From Gemmatimonadota bacterium (lineage in GTDB: Bacteria; Gemmatimonadota; Gemmatimonadetes; JACCXV01; JAHWKZ01): DNA of 64,000 nucleotides. A program made the position numbers and the translations under genes. The stretch spans positions 398-64,397 of the forward strand of contig JBOHRW010000217.1 of the NCBI GenBank assembly GCA_050732935.1, read 5' to 3'. Below the pieces are notes generated by a model. It had not been told where the DNA came from, searched no databases, and was given only the letters and a program-made list of their open reading frames with translations. How positions within the stretch are numbered: position 1 is the stretch's first letter; each line of letters begins with the position of its first letter. Shown here one piece after another: positions 37,818 to 47,155 of the stretch.

Positions 37818-39071
37818 ATGTTCAAGCTCGTCGATAGGCGCAAAGGCTACCTTTTCGCGAGCAGCGACCTACGCCAGATCATCGAGACTGCGCTCTCCAG
37901 AATGCATTTAGAGGTTGAAGGGCTTGAGGCCGATCGATTCTTGAACACGGCACCAGCAGATCTGGCCTCATACCTAGTCGAGAAGTCCACGATTACCGCA
38001 CCAGTCTTACTCCGAGAGCAGTGGACGGTCTCGGAGGCAGAGACAAAGGTAGACGTCCGCTACGACAGTCGCCGTTGGATCGATGACCGGTCTCGCCCAG
38101 TCTTGGTGCCCGGCCAACGGATTGAAATCGAGGTGCCCGTTGAAGGCTCCATCGACCTGTTGTATGCGCGGGCAAGCACCTTCAGTTCTTCCCCGCCGCG
38201 CGCTGAAATACGAGGGAACGCCGTCGTTCTTGTCTTTGAGATCCCACACGACAGTGGTGACCGAGACATCAAGCAACAGGCAGAGCGAACTCTAAATGAG
38301 ATCGAGCAACATCTCACCTGGATCCGGAACGATCTAGCGGGTTACAACTCCAGCCTTCCCGGCGCCGCCGACGCAGCCATCTCCGGCCGTCGGGAACGCC
38401 TCCTTGCGAATCGAGGTCGAGTCGCGGCTCTAGGCATCCCCCTTAAGCGACGCGAGAACGCCCCAGCTACGTATGCTCCACCAGAGGTGCGCCGCAAGGT
38501 ACTGTCTTCACCGCCACCTGCGAGTTCAGCGCCCTTCGCCCCGGAACCGGCGATGGACGGGCCCACCTACGAGCACATTCTGAACGTCATTCAGAACATG
38601 GCCCATGTTATGGAGCGCAGCCCAAGCGCGTTTCGGAATATGGCCGAGGAGGATATACGCCAGCACTTTCTGGTACAGCTCAACGGTCAGTTCGAAGGCA
38701 GCGCCACCGGAGAGACTTTCAACGTCTCAGGCAAGACAGACATTCTCCTGCGTGTGAACGGGCGCAACGTCTTTATCGGCGAATGCAAGTTCTGGAAGGG
38801 ACCGAAGCAATTCGGCGAGACTATCGGCCAACTGCTTTCCTATACCGCATGGCGCGACACAAAGACCGCGATTCTCGTCTTCAATCGGGACACCTCTCTC
38901 AGCACGGTCCTCGGCGGTGTTGACGCAGAGGTCAAGAAGCACGAGCAGTTCAAGCGGATCGTTCAATGGTCGCATGAGTCCGGATTCCGGTACGTGCTTC
39001 ATCAGACAAACGACTCCAACCGGGAACTGGTCTTGACCGTACTTGTGTTCGATGTGCCTAAGCCAGAGTAG
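37818..39071 (+). CDS. hypothetical protein with C-terminal PD-(D/E)xK (restriction-endonuclease-fold) nuclease-like domain
   Basis: 417 aa. C-terminus ...FNVSGKTDILLRVNGRNVFIGECKFWKGPKQF shows the D...(E)CK core triad spacing of PD-(D/E)xK nucleases. The N-terminal 300 aa is unrecognised. Confidence 0.5.
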   Translation: MFKLVDRRKGYLFASSDLRQIIETALSRMHLEVEGLEADRFLNTAPADLASYLVEKSTITAPVLLREQWTVSEAETKVDVRYDSRRWIDDRSRPVLVPGQRIEIEVPVEGSIDLLYARASTFSSSPPRAEIRGNAVVLVFEIPHDSGDRDIKQQAERTLNEIEQHLTWIRNDLAGYNSSLPGAADAAISGRRERLLANRGRVAALGIPLKRRENAPATYAPPEVRRKVLSSPPPASSAPFAPEPAMDGPTYEHILNVIQNMAHVMERSPSAFRNMAEEDIRQHFLVQLNGQFEGSATGETFNVSGKTDILLRVNGRNVFIGECKFWKGPKQFGETIGQLLSYTAWRDTKTAILVFNRDTSLSTVLGGVDAEVKKHEQFKRIVQWSHESGFRYVLHQTNDSNRELVLTVLVFDVPKPE

Positions 39072-39145
39072 TCTGAACCGAGCGAGGCCCTGATCCTAGT
39101 TAGAACGCCTCGTTTGCCGCAGGGGCGGGGCGACCGCAGAATGGG

Positions 39146-39772
39146 ATGAGGCAAGGCATGCAAAGGATCGAAATTGAGATTCCCGTTATTCGGCCTGGCG
39201 GAACGATGTTTCGGGTCGACAGCGACTGGCAGCACAACGCTGTAATCCAGACCTATCATCCCTCGTGGTACGTCTACGCCCACGCTTATCGCATGGGTGC
39301 CGATCGCCTAGTTGCCTCGGCCATGCAGGACCGCCGTGACATAGACTATCTCGTCTTCCCCATTGCTTTTATGTACCGGCAGTATCTCGAGCTTGGTCTA
39401 AAGGCGCTGATCCTTGATGCGGAGGAGTTGGCCAACACCTCATCGGCGGATCCCTACGGACACCGCCTGGACGTGCTATGGAACCGCTGCGAGCGGGCAT
39501 TGCTAAATCTGGAGAATCCACCATCTCTCGTGGAACGAGACGTGATCGGGAAATCTATCGATCAGTTCGGCACCATAGACGCGTCTTCGGTGGCGTTTCG
39601 GTATCCAGTTACGAAGGACGGTCATCCAGTACAACTCCCGACGACGCATATCAATCTCCGCGTACTCCGGGACGAGATGAAGAACGTCGGGAATGTCATC
39701 GAGTCCCTTTTGAACGGCCTGAGCGCCATGGTTGACCTAAAGCGTGAGTTCGAGGGTGAATGCGGGATGTAA
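39146..39772 (+). CDS. hypothetical protein (alpha-helical, about 190-208 aa)
   Basis: Clean ORF in the island, with an alternative start at MFRVDSD (39206). No recognisable family. Confidence 0.4.
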   Translation: MRQGMQRIEIEIPVIRPGGTMFRVDSDWQHNAVIQTYHPSWYVYAHAYRMGADRLVASAMQDRRDIDYLVFPIAFMYRQYLELGLKALILDAEELANTSSADPYGHRLDVLWNRCERALLNLENPPSLVERDVIGKSIDQFGTIDASSVAFRYPVTKDGHPVQLPTTHINLRVLRDEMKNVGNVIESLLNGLSAMVDLKREFEGECGM

Positions 39773-40151
39773 CCTCGCCGTTCAGACCGCGGCGGCCGCA
39801 TGCGGAGCCCGGTGTTCTAATGTGAGGAGGACGGACTCGAGTGCCCGTCCCTGTCGCGCGGGCAGAAAACTTGCTGCAACGGCCTCGAAGCAAGAAGGCT
39901 TCGAGCTCAGTGTTGAGGCGACACAAGGCGAACGAGACTCGAATCTCGTTGAAGGTCAGACTTTCCGCGGTCTCGACAATGTCACAGCAAGGGTGTCATA
40001 GAGGTCACGACCCGCCGTCTAACGAGTGAATGGACCTGACGGTGCGGCTGGCTCCTCAACCGGGAATGTTTGACATGGGGGAGGGCGTCGGTGATTTGAG
40101 AGGAACTCAGGTGGCCGCGCGGCAGGCGATTCGTGAATCCGTTAGGCGATC

Positions 40152-40850
40152 ATGGGAGAAGAGATGGCTCGTAGGAAGGTGACCGTCATTCCGAATCAGG
40201 TTTTTGTGGGCCTGCCCTGGCGAAACGTGCGCCCTCGGTACGAGAAGTGCATCGACAAGCTCGAGCAAAGGTACCCTCTGCATTTCACCATCGTGGGTCG
40301 AAAGGACGCACAGGACGCCGAGGACCTGCTCCAGGTCATCACCGCTCGTATCGACGCGTCGAGCTATGCTATCTTTGATGCCACTGGCGGGAATGCTAAC
40401 GTGTCGCTTGAGTACGGATACGCCGAAGCTGTAAACCTTCCGCGTGCCCTGTACCTCAGCACCCACAAGGCCGCCGGGGGAGGCAGCAGAGGTACGATCA
40501 TCTCTGATCTTGGCGGTAAGCGACGTGTGGAGTATAAGAATGAGCAGAGTCTTCGGACCCGCCTCGACACCTTCTGCAAGGATCACGATTACACGAAGCG
40601 CTTCGAATCCTTCTTGCAGAAGCGCGTCCGTCCGACGAAGCCCGGAGAGAAGAAGAGACAGCGGACGCTCGCACTGAAGTTGATACACCACCTGGACGAC
40701 AAAGCAAAATTACGACGAGCCGATATAGCGCAATCACTCCAAGCAAGTGGCTACTCCGAGAAGGAGATCTCCGATATGCTGACCAAATTGCACAAAGAAG
40801 GACTACTGAACGTAAGTCGCGGGCGGTTCTCGGACGTGCGGGTCGCGTAA
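40152..40850 (+). CDS. hypothetical protein: N-terminal nucleoside-2-deoxyribosyltransferase/SLOG(TIR-like) Rossmannoid domain + C-terminal winged-HTH
   Basis: KVTVIPNQVFVGLPWRN...SSYAIFDATGGNANVSLEYGYAEAVNLP resembles the D.T..N.NV..E.GyA motif of NDT/SLOG-like domains. C-terminus ...EKEISDMLTKLHKEGLLNVSRGRFSDVRV is wHTH-like. Confidence 0.5.
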   Translation: MGEEMARRKVTVIPNQVFVGLPWRNVRPRYEKCIDKLEQRYPLHFTIVGRKDAQDAEDLLQVITARIDASSYAIFDATGGNANVSLEYGYAEAVNLPRALYLSTHKAAGGGSRGTIISDLGGKRRVEYKNEQSLRTRLDTFCKDHDYTKRFESFLQKRVRPTKPGEKKRQRTLALKLIHHLDDKAKLRRADIAQSLQASGYSEKEISDMLTKLHKEGLLNVSRGRFSDVRVA

Positions 40851-40944
40851 CACGACCTACAGCGGATCGGCTACATTGGCCGTTAATCGCCGAACTGTTG
40901 GACACTACGCCAAATCCGAAATCCCCGCCGGGGACCAGGACCTC

Positions 40945-43050
40945 ATGAACCACAGCCAGATAGTCAGCTTCATCTGGGGTGTCGCGGATCTCATCCGCGA
41001 CACCTTCAAACGCGGCAAGTACCAGGACGTGATCCTCCCGCTCACCGTGCTGCGGCGGCTCGACTGCGTGCTGGCTCCCAACAAGTCGAAGGTCCTAGAG
41101 GTCCAGGCTAAGTACAAGGGCAAGATCGAGAACCTCGACCAGCTGCTCCGGCGCGCCTCGGGCTTCGCCTTCTACAACACCTCCCGCTACGACTTCGAGA
41201 AGCTCCTGGGCGACGCGCCGCACATCGCGCAGAACCTCCGCAACTACATCGCCAGCTTCAGCCCCAACATGCGGGAAGTACTTGAGAAATTCGACTTCAA
41301 CAACACCATCAGCAAGCTCGACGAGGCGGGACTGCTCTTCCTTGTCGTGCAGAAATTCGGCGAGGTGAATCTCCACCCGGACGTCATCGACAACCCGACG
41401 ATGGGCACCATCTTCGAGGAGCTGATCCGCAAGTTCAACGAGGCCTTGAACGAGAACCCGGGCGAGCACTTCACTCCTCGCGACGTGGTCCACCTGATGG
41501 TGGATCTTCTGATCGCAGGAGACGAGCAACGGCTACGCAAAAAGGGCGTGATCCTAACGGTATACGATCCGTGCTGCGGCTCGGGAGGGATGCTGACGAT
41601 CACGAAGGAGCACATCAAGGCAGGCGAGTGGTGCGGGCGAGACCTCCGGAAGCCGCCCGTAAACCCGGGGGCTGACGTCCATCTCTTCGGGCAGGAAGTG
41701 AACCCAGAGACCTGGGCGGTCAGCAAGTCCGATCTCTACATGAAATCGGTCGACGGCCGCGACGCGGAGAATATCGCGTACGGGAGCACCCTCTCGAACG
41801 ATCGTCATGCGGGCACGGCCTTCGACTACCTGATCGCCAACCCGCCCTACGGCAAGGACTGGAAACGCGACGAGGTCGCCGTACGGGCCGAGCATGAGCG
41901 GGGCGCCGCGGGACGCTTTGCCCCAGGGCTCCCACGGATCAGCGACGGCCAGCTCCTGTTCCTCCTGCACATGCTGGCGCACATGAAGGAGCCCAAGCAG
42001 GGCGGTTCGCGCGTCGCCATCATCATGAACGGCTCTCCGCTCTTCACCGGAGACGCCGGGAGCGGCGAGAGCGAGATCCGCCGCTGGATCCTCGAGAACG
42101 ACCGCCTCGAGGCGCTGATCGCGCTTCCCGAGCAGCTCTTCTACAACACGGGGATCGCCACGTATGTCTGGGTGCTCACCAACCGGAAGCCTCCCGAGCG
42201 GCGCGGCAAGGTCCAACTCATCGACGCCACCCGCTTCTGGACTTTGCTCCGAAAGAGCCTAGGGGCCAAACGGAGGGAGATCCCATTTGAGAAGAAGGAG
42301 GACATCCTCGCGCTGCTCCAGAACTTCGCGGACGGCGAGACCCGCAAGATCGCGGAGGACGGCGAGGAGCGCGAGCTCGTGGTGAGCCGGATCTATCGCA
42401 CGACCCACTTCGGCTTCCGCAAGATCACGGTCGAGCGACCGCTCAAGCTGGACTTCCAGGCGACGCCCGAACGGATCGCGCGACTCGATGAGGAACGCCC
42501 CTTCAAGAATCTCGCCGTCTCGCGCAAGAAAGGGGCGGCCAAGGCCAAGGAGGAGGAGGAAGGGCGCGCCCAGCAAGCCGCCATTCGCGAGCTCCTGGCG
42601 AACCTTCCGGGCGAACTCTACCTGGATCGAACCGAGTTCGAGGCGGTCCTCGGGAAGGCGGCCCGGAAGGCCAACCTGAAGCTCGCCGCTCCGATCAAGA
42701 GGACCATTCTCTCGGCACTCTCCGAGCGCAACGAGAGCGCCGAGATCTGCCGCGACAAGGACGGAAATCCGGAGTCCGACACTGAGCTTCGGGACACCGA
42801 GAGCGTTCCCCTCTCCGAGAGCGTTGAGGCCTTTTTCGAGCGCGAGGTAAGGCCCCACGTCCAGGACGCGTGGATCGACATCAGCCGGCGCGACCCGCAG
42901 GACGGAGAAGTCGGCATCGTGGGTTACGAGATCAACTTTAACCGCTACTTCTACGAGTACCGCCCACCGCGGTCGCTGGAGGAGATCGAGGCCGACATCC
43001 AGCACGTGGAGAGAGAGATCGTCTCGATGCTGCGGGAGGTCGCGGGGTAG
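40945..43050 (+). CDS. hsdM: type I restriction-modification system, DNA methyltransferase subunit M (long form)
   Basis: HsdM N-terminal domain, FTPRDVVHLMVDLL, VYDPCCGSGGML, LIANPPYGKDW (NPPY). Confidence 0.9.
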   Translation: MNHSQIVSFIWGVADLIRDTFKRGKYQDVILPLTVLRRLDCVLAPNKSKVLEVQAKYKGKIENLDQLLRRASGFAFYNTSRYDFEKLLGDAPHIAQNLRNYIASFSPNMREVLEKFDFNNTISKLDEAGLLFLVVQKFGEVNLHPDVIDNPTMGTIFEELIRKFNEALNENPGEHFTPRDVVHLMVDLLIAGDEQRLRKKGVILTVYDPCCGSGGMLTITKEHIKAGEWCGRDLRKPPVNPGADVHLFGQEVNPETWAVSKSDLYMKSVDGRDAENIAYGSTLSNDRHAGTAFDYLIANPPYGKDWKRDEVAVRAEHERGAAGRFAPGLPRISDGQLLFLLHMLAHMKEPKQGGSRVAIIMNGSPLFTGDAGSGESEIRRWILENDRLEALIALPEQLFYNTGIATYVWVLTNRKPPERRGKVQLIDATRFWTLLRKSLGAKRREIPFEKKEDILALLQNFADGETRKIAEDGEERELVVSRIYRTTHFGFRKITVERPLKLDFQATPERIARLDEERPFKNLAVSRKKGAAKAKEEEEGRAQQAAIRELLANLPGELYLDRTEFEAVLGKAARKANLKLAAPIKRTILSALSERNESAEICRDKDGNPESDTELRDTESVPLSESVEAFFEREVRPHVQDAWIDISRRDPQDGEVGIVGYEINFNRYFYEYRPPRSLEEIEADIQHVEREIVSMLREVAG

Positions 43051-43177
43051 CTCGTACCGAAACCTCTGCACCACCAGCGCCGGTGTCTGCGTGTGTTCCC
43101 CCTCCACGGGTCCGTGCCAGTGGACACAAAATGTAGGGGATTGCGCCTAACCCCCGACGCTTTGTATCATCCACCCC

Positions 43178-43774
43178 GTGAACAAGCGGGATCAAGCCCT
43201 GGCGATCATCGAGGAAAGGGGCCTCGTCCGCCCAAAAGAGCTCGAGGCCCGGGGTGTGTCGCGCGCGCTGCTCTATCGTCTGGTTCGCGAGGGGCTCGTC
43301 GAGAGGCAGACGCGGGGCGTGTACGCTCTGGCGCGCCACACACCTACAGCGGAGCATACACTAGCGCAGGTGGCGAAGCGCGTTCCGGCGGGCGTGTTCT
43401 GCCTACTCACCGCTCTACGCTTCCACGGCCTCACCACCCAGGCGCCCGCCGAGGTGTGGATCGCGCTACCCGAGAAGGCGCGGATCCCCCGACTCGACTA
43501 CCCCCGGCTGCGGGTCGCGCGCTTCTCGGGGGCCTCGCTCACGGAAGGGGTCGAGACGCACCAGGTCGAGGGCGTCGAGGTGCGCGTCTACTCGCCGGCG
43601 AAGACCGTGGCCGACTGTTTCAAGTACCGCAAGAAGATCGGCATCGATGTGGCCGTCGAGGCGCTTCGCGACTTCACCCGACTGTATCGCGGGGGCGCGA
43701 CCGATCTGGCTCGGTTCGCTCGCATCTGCCGGGTCACCCGCGTGATGCAGCCCTACCTGGACGCCATCGCATGA
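43178..43774 (+). CDS. abiEi: AbiEi-family antitoxin (type IV TA, N-terminal wHTH)
   Basis: GTG start. MNKRDQALAIIEERGLVRPKELEARGVSRALLYRLVREGLVERQTRGVYAL is an AbiEi_4-like N-terminus. 4-nt ATGA overlap with the following NTase gene. Confidence 0.75.
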   Translation: MNKRDQALAIIEERGLVRPKELEARGVSRALLYRLVREGLVERQTRGVYALARHTPTAEHTLAQVAKRVPAGVFCLLTALRFHGLTTQAPAEVWIALPEKARIPRLDYPRLRVARFSGASLTEGVETHQVEGVEVRVYSPAKTVADCFKYRKKIGIDVAVEALRDFTRLYRGGATDLARFARICRVTRVMQPYLDAIA

Positions 43775-44724
43775 ATCCCACCAAGCGGAACATCGCCGCT
43801 TCGGTCGCTGCGCGCCTGCTCAACGAGGCCCGACGTACTGGTGACGATTACCAGACCCTGCTCACAGCGTACGCGTTCGAGCGGTTCCTGTACCGCTTGG
43901 GCCTCTGCGAACTGCGCGATCGTTTCGTGCTCAAGGGCGCCATGCTCCTCCGCCTGTGGTCGGACAATCCGTACCGTGCAACCCGCGACCTGGACCTCCT
44001 GCGGACAGGCGACGGATCGTTTGATGCCATCCGGGCAGACCTCCGGACCATCTGCACGGTTCCGGTGGACCCCGACGGCATCGCCTTCGAAGTCGATTCC
44101 ATTCGTGTCGAGGCTATTCGGGCCGAGGACGAGTTTGCCGGTACCCGCGCGACGCTGCTTGCGCGTTGTGGCTCCGCGCGCTTGTCCCTGCAGGTGGACA
44201 TGGGCCTCGGCGATGCCGTTTGGCCGCCTCCCCAGCCCATCGTCTATCCCTCGCTGCTCGACTTTCCGGCACCCGAGGTGCTTGCGTACCCGCGCGAGGC
44301 GGTCGTGGCGGAGAAGCTGGAGGCGCTGGTGGTCCTCGGCGACCGCAACAGCCGGATCAAGGATTTCTTCGACCTGCACCACCTCGCGAACCACTTCGCC
44401 TTCGATCGAGGGACGTTGGCCGATGCTGTGCGTCGAACCTTTGCCAGACGCGCCACACCCATTCCGGCCGAAGCGCCGATTGGTCTCACTCGCGCATACT
44501 GGGAGAACCCCTCACGCCCAGCTCAGGTGCGCGCCTTCGCTCGGCGTTCAGGTCTAGAGATACCGGAGGACCCCGGTCACGAGCTGGCAGACCTCGTCGG
44601 CGCGTTCCTCCTGCCGATACTGGACGATCTCCGACGGGGCGCCGAGGAGACTGGATCGTGGGCTGCCGGGGGACCCTGGCGGCTGATCACGCATGCCAGG
44701 CAAGAAAGCCAAGCCGATGTCTGA
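43771..44724 (+). CDS. abiEii: AbiEii/AbiGii-family nucleotidyltransferase toxin (DUF1814)
   Basis: FVLKGAMLLRLWSDNPYRATRDLDLL (NTase motif of DUF1814). 318 aa. Lies directly after abiEi. Confidence 0.75.
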   Translation: MNPTKRNIAASVAARLLNEARRTGDDYQTLLTAYAFERFLYRLGLCELRDRFVLKGAMLLRLWSDNPYRATRDLDLLRTGDGSFDAIRADLRTICTVPVDPDGIAFEVDSIRVEAIRAEDEFAGTRATLLARCGSARLSLQVDMGLGDAVWPPPQPIVYPSLLDFPAPEVLAYPREAVVAEKLEALVVLGDRNSRIKDFFDLHHLANHFAFDRGTLADAVRRTFARRATPIPAEAPIGLTRAYWENPSRPAQVRAFARRSGLEIPEDPGHELADLVGAFLLPILDDLRRGAEETGSWAAGGPWRLITHARQESQADV

Positions 44725-46054
44725 GGCGCTCGCGCAGATCAGGGGGGCGCGACCCCGGCGCTACCGTCCGTACACGAGGTGCAAAGATTCCGGCGTCGAT
44801 TGGCTTGGGCAGATCCCGGTGCATTGGGAAGTGAAGCGGCTCAAGTTTATTGCGCCAGCAACCATGGGTAAGGTAGACGTCAAGCCGGATGACGCGGTCT
44901 ATATCGGCCTCGAGCATGTCGAGTCATGGACGGGTCGCCTGCTACTCGATAACCAACCCGATGTCGTAGACAGCGTCGTGACATCGTTCAAGGCAGGCGA
45001 CGTGCTCTTCGGTAAACTTCGTCCCTATCTGGCTAAGGCGGCTCGACCAGACTTTGACGGAGTCTGTACAAGCGAGATTCTACCGCTTCGGCCGGCAGCC
45101 CGGTGCTCTCAAAGCTACTTGATGTACTGCCTTCTGAGTGCACCGCACATTCGGTTCCTCGACTCCCTTACCTATGGCACCAAGATGCCGCGACTCAGCC
45201 CCGCGCAGATCGGAAACAGCTTCGTGCCAGTTCCCCCCCTTGAGGAGCAGCACGCTGTTGCCGGTATCCTCGACCGCGAAACATCTAGGATCGACGGGCT
45301 CGTGGCGAGGAAGGAGCGGCTGATCGAGCTGCTCCAGGAGAAGCGGACTGCCCTCATCACCCACGCCGTCACCCGCGGCCTCGACCCGAGCGTCCAGCTT
45401 ATGGACTCCGGCATTGAGTGGGTGGGGGAGATTCCGGAGCATTGGGAGGTAAGCCGCATCAAATGGGTTGCTCGGATGGAAAGCGGGCATACACCGGACA
45501 AGAAGATCGAAGCTTACTGGCGTGATGGAGATGTGCCGTGGCTCTCACTCAATGACACTGGATTCCTGAAGGATCACGACTACATATCTGAGACGGCTCA
45601 CTATACGAATGAGCTGGGGCTGAGGAATTCCTCCGCGCGCCTCCTTCCTGCGGGAGCCGTAGTCTTCTCGCGCGACGCAACGATCGGACTGTGCGCGATT
45701 ACTGAACGGCCAATCGCGGTATCGCAGCACTTTATTGCCTGGCTATGCGGGGGGAGGCTTCTGCCGGAGTACCTGCTGCGAGTCTTTGATGCAATGCAGG
45801 GTGAGCTTGAGAGGCTAACGATGGGCGCGACTCTACGAACGATTGGAATGCCTCATGTAAAGGAGCTAGCAACTCCAATCCCGCCCGTGTCAGAGCAAGA
45901 GCAGATCGTCGCTGTCATCCGCACCGAAACCGCCAAGATCGATGCCCTCATCGTCAAGGTCCGCAAAGCCATCGACCTTCTCAAGGAGTTCCGCACCGCC
46001 CTGATTTCCGCAGCCGTCACAGGCAAGATCGACGTCCGCGATGGGGTACCGTGA
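44693..46054 (+). CDS. hsdS: type I restriction-modification system specificity subunit S (two target-recognition domains)
   Basis: Two TRD halves, each followed by a conserved coiled-coil region ([39 protein letters not shown]...; [38 protein letters not shown]). Confidence 0.85.
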   Translation: MPGKKAKPMSEALAQIRGARPRRYRPYTRCKDSGVDWLGQIPVHWEVKRLKFIAPATMGKVDVKPDDAVYIGLEHVESWTGRLLLDNQPDVVDSVVTSFKAGDVLFGKLRPYLAKAARPDFDGVCTSEILPLRPAARCSQSYLMYCLLSAPHIRFLDSLTYGTKMPRLSPAQIGNSFVPVPPLEEQHAVAGILDRETSRIDGLVARKERLIELLQEKRTALITHAVTRGLDPSVQLMDSGIEWVGEIPEHWEVSRIKWVARMESGHTPDKKIEAYWRDGDVPWLSLNDTGFLKDHDYISETAHYTNELGLRNSSARLLPAGAVVFSRDATIGLCAITERPIAVSQHFIAWLCGGRLLPEYLLRVFDAMQGELERLTMGATLRTIGMPHVKELATPIPPVSEQEQIVAVIRTETAKIDALIVKVRKAIDLLKEFRTALISAAVTGKIDVRDGVP

Positions 46055-47097
46055 CCTTCTCCCCGCGCTTCTCGATCTCCAACGCCAGCGCCGAAGCGCT
46101 GACGCAAATCGAGCGGGCGCGGGGGTTTCTCGAGGCAGCGAGGCTCTCGGAGGATTGGCTCGCCTCCATGCGCTCGCGCGCCTTCGTCCTCGAAGCTCAC
46201 CACACGACCCACATCGAGGGGACCCGGCTGACCCTCGAGCAGTCCGAGCAGCTCCTCGCGGGCCATGAGGTGCCGGAAACCGATCCAGAGGATGCGCGCG
46301 AGCTCCTCAACTACCGTGAGGCCTTCGAGTTCGTGAGCGACTGGCTCAAGGATGGCGAGGCCATCACGGAGGGTCTGATCCGAGAGATCCACAGACGTCT
46401 TGTCGCCGGCGTACGTGGGGGGTCGGCGGCTCCCGGAGAGTATCGCCGCGTGCAGAACTACATCGTGAACATGGCCGCGGGCGAGACGGTCTACGAGCCG
46501 CCTCCCGCCCACGACGTACCGATCCTGATGCGGGAGCTGGTCACCTGGCTGAACGATCCGGGTCAGGTCCACCCGGTGCTTGCCAGCGGGATGGCGCAGT
46601 TCCAGCTCGTCCACATCCATCCGTTCCTCGATGGAAATGGCCGGACTTCGCGGCTCCTCTCCACGATCTGTCTCTATCGAAGCGGCTACGACTTCAAACG
46701 GCTCTTCACGATCAGCGAGTACTACGACCGCGATCGCGCCGCGTTCTATCGCGCTCTCCAGGGCGTGCGAGAGGCCGGCATGGATCTGACAGGCTGGCTC
46801 GACTTCTATACCCAGGGGCAGGCCACGCAGCTCGACGAGGTCAAGGCGCTTGGCGAGCGTGCGATTCGGCGGGACGTGCTCGTCCGCGAGCATGGGCTCT
46901 CGGAGCGCCAAGGGCTAGCCCTTGGGCACGTGATGGAGAACGGGTCGCTGACGATCAAGGACTACGAGGCGCTCTGTCCGGGCGTCAGCCGGCGTACTTT
47001 GCAGAGAGATTTGAAAGGGCTTGTGCAACGGGCTCTCTTGAAGACCAAGGGCGCCACAGACCGTCTTCAATACGTTGGAGGCAAGTCACTTACGTGA
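46051..47097 (+). CDS. fic: Fic/DOC-family protein (AMPylator-like)
   Basis: [16 protein letters not shown] (HPFx[D/E]GNGR). GTGA overlap with the hsdS stop. Confidence 0.85.
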   Translation: MTFSPRFSISNASAEALTQIERARGFLEAARLSEDWLASMRSRAFVLEAHHTTHIEGTRLTLEQSEQLLAGHEVPETDPEDARELLNYREAFEFVSDWLKDGEAITEGLIREIHRRLVAGVRGGSAAPGEYRRVQNYIVNMAAGETVYEPPPAHDVPILMRELVTWLNDPGQVHPVLASGMAQFQLVHIHPFLDGNGRTSRLLSTICLYRSGYDFKRLFTISEYYDRDRAAFYRALQGVREAGMDLTGWLDFYTQGQATQLDEVKALGERAIRRDVLVREHGLSERQGLALGHVMENGSLTIKDYEALCPGVSRRTLQRDLKGLVQRALLKTKGATDRLQYVGGKSLT

Positions 47098-47155
47098 ACT
47101 TGCGACAAACTTGCGGCAGAACTTGCGACAGACTCGCGACGGGACTTGCGACATG
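47098..47155 (+). repeat. tandem direct repeat array, five copies of ACTTGCGACA with 11-12 bp period, filling the fic-hsdR intergenic space and ending on the hsdR ATG
   Basis: acttgcgacaa / acttgcggcaga / acttgcgacag / actcgcgacggg / acttgcgacATG. Confidence 0.7.

Noticed and set aside
40107-40691. 194-aa minus-strand ORF
   Set aside because: Antisense to the SLOG/NDT-like + wHTH gene, which carries a recognisable motif. Cannot be fully excluded without homology search.
43051-43177. Possible sigma70-like promoter and operator upstream of abiEi (TTGCGC-N17-GTATCAT)
   Set aside because: The motif match is loose, and I could not find the inverted repeats expected for AbiEi autoregulation. Too speculative to list as a feature.
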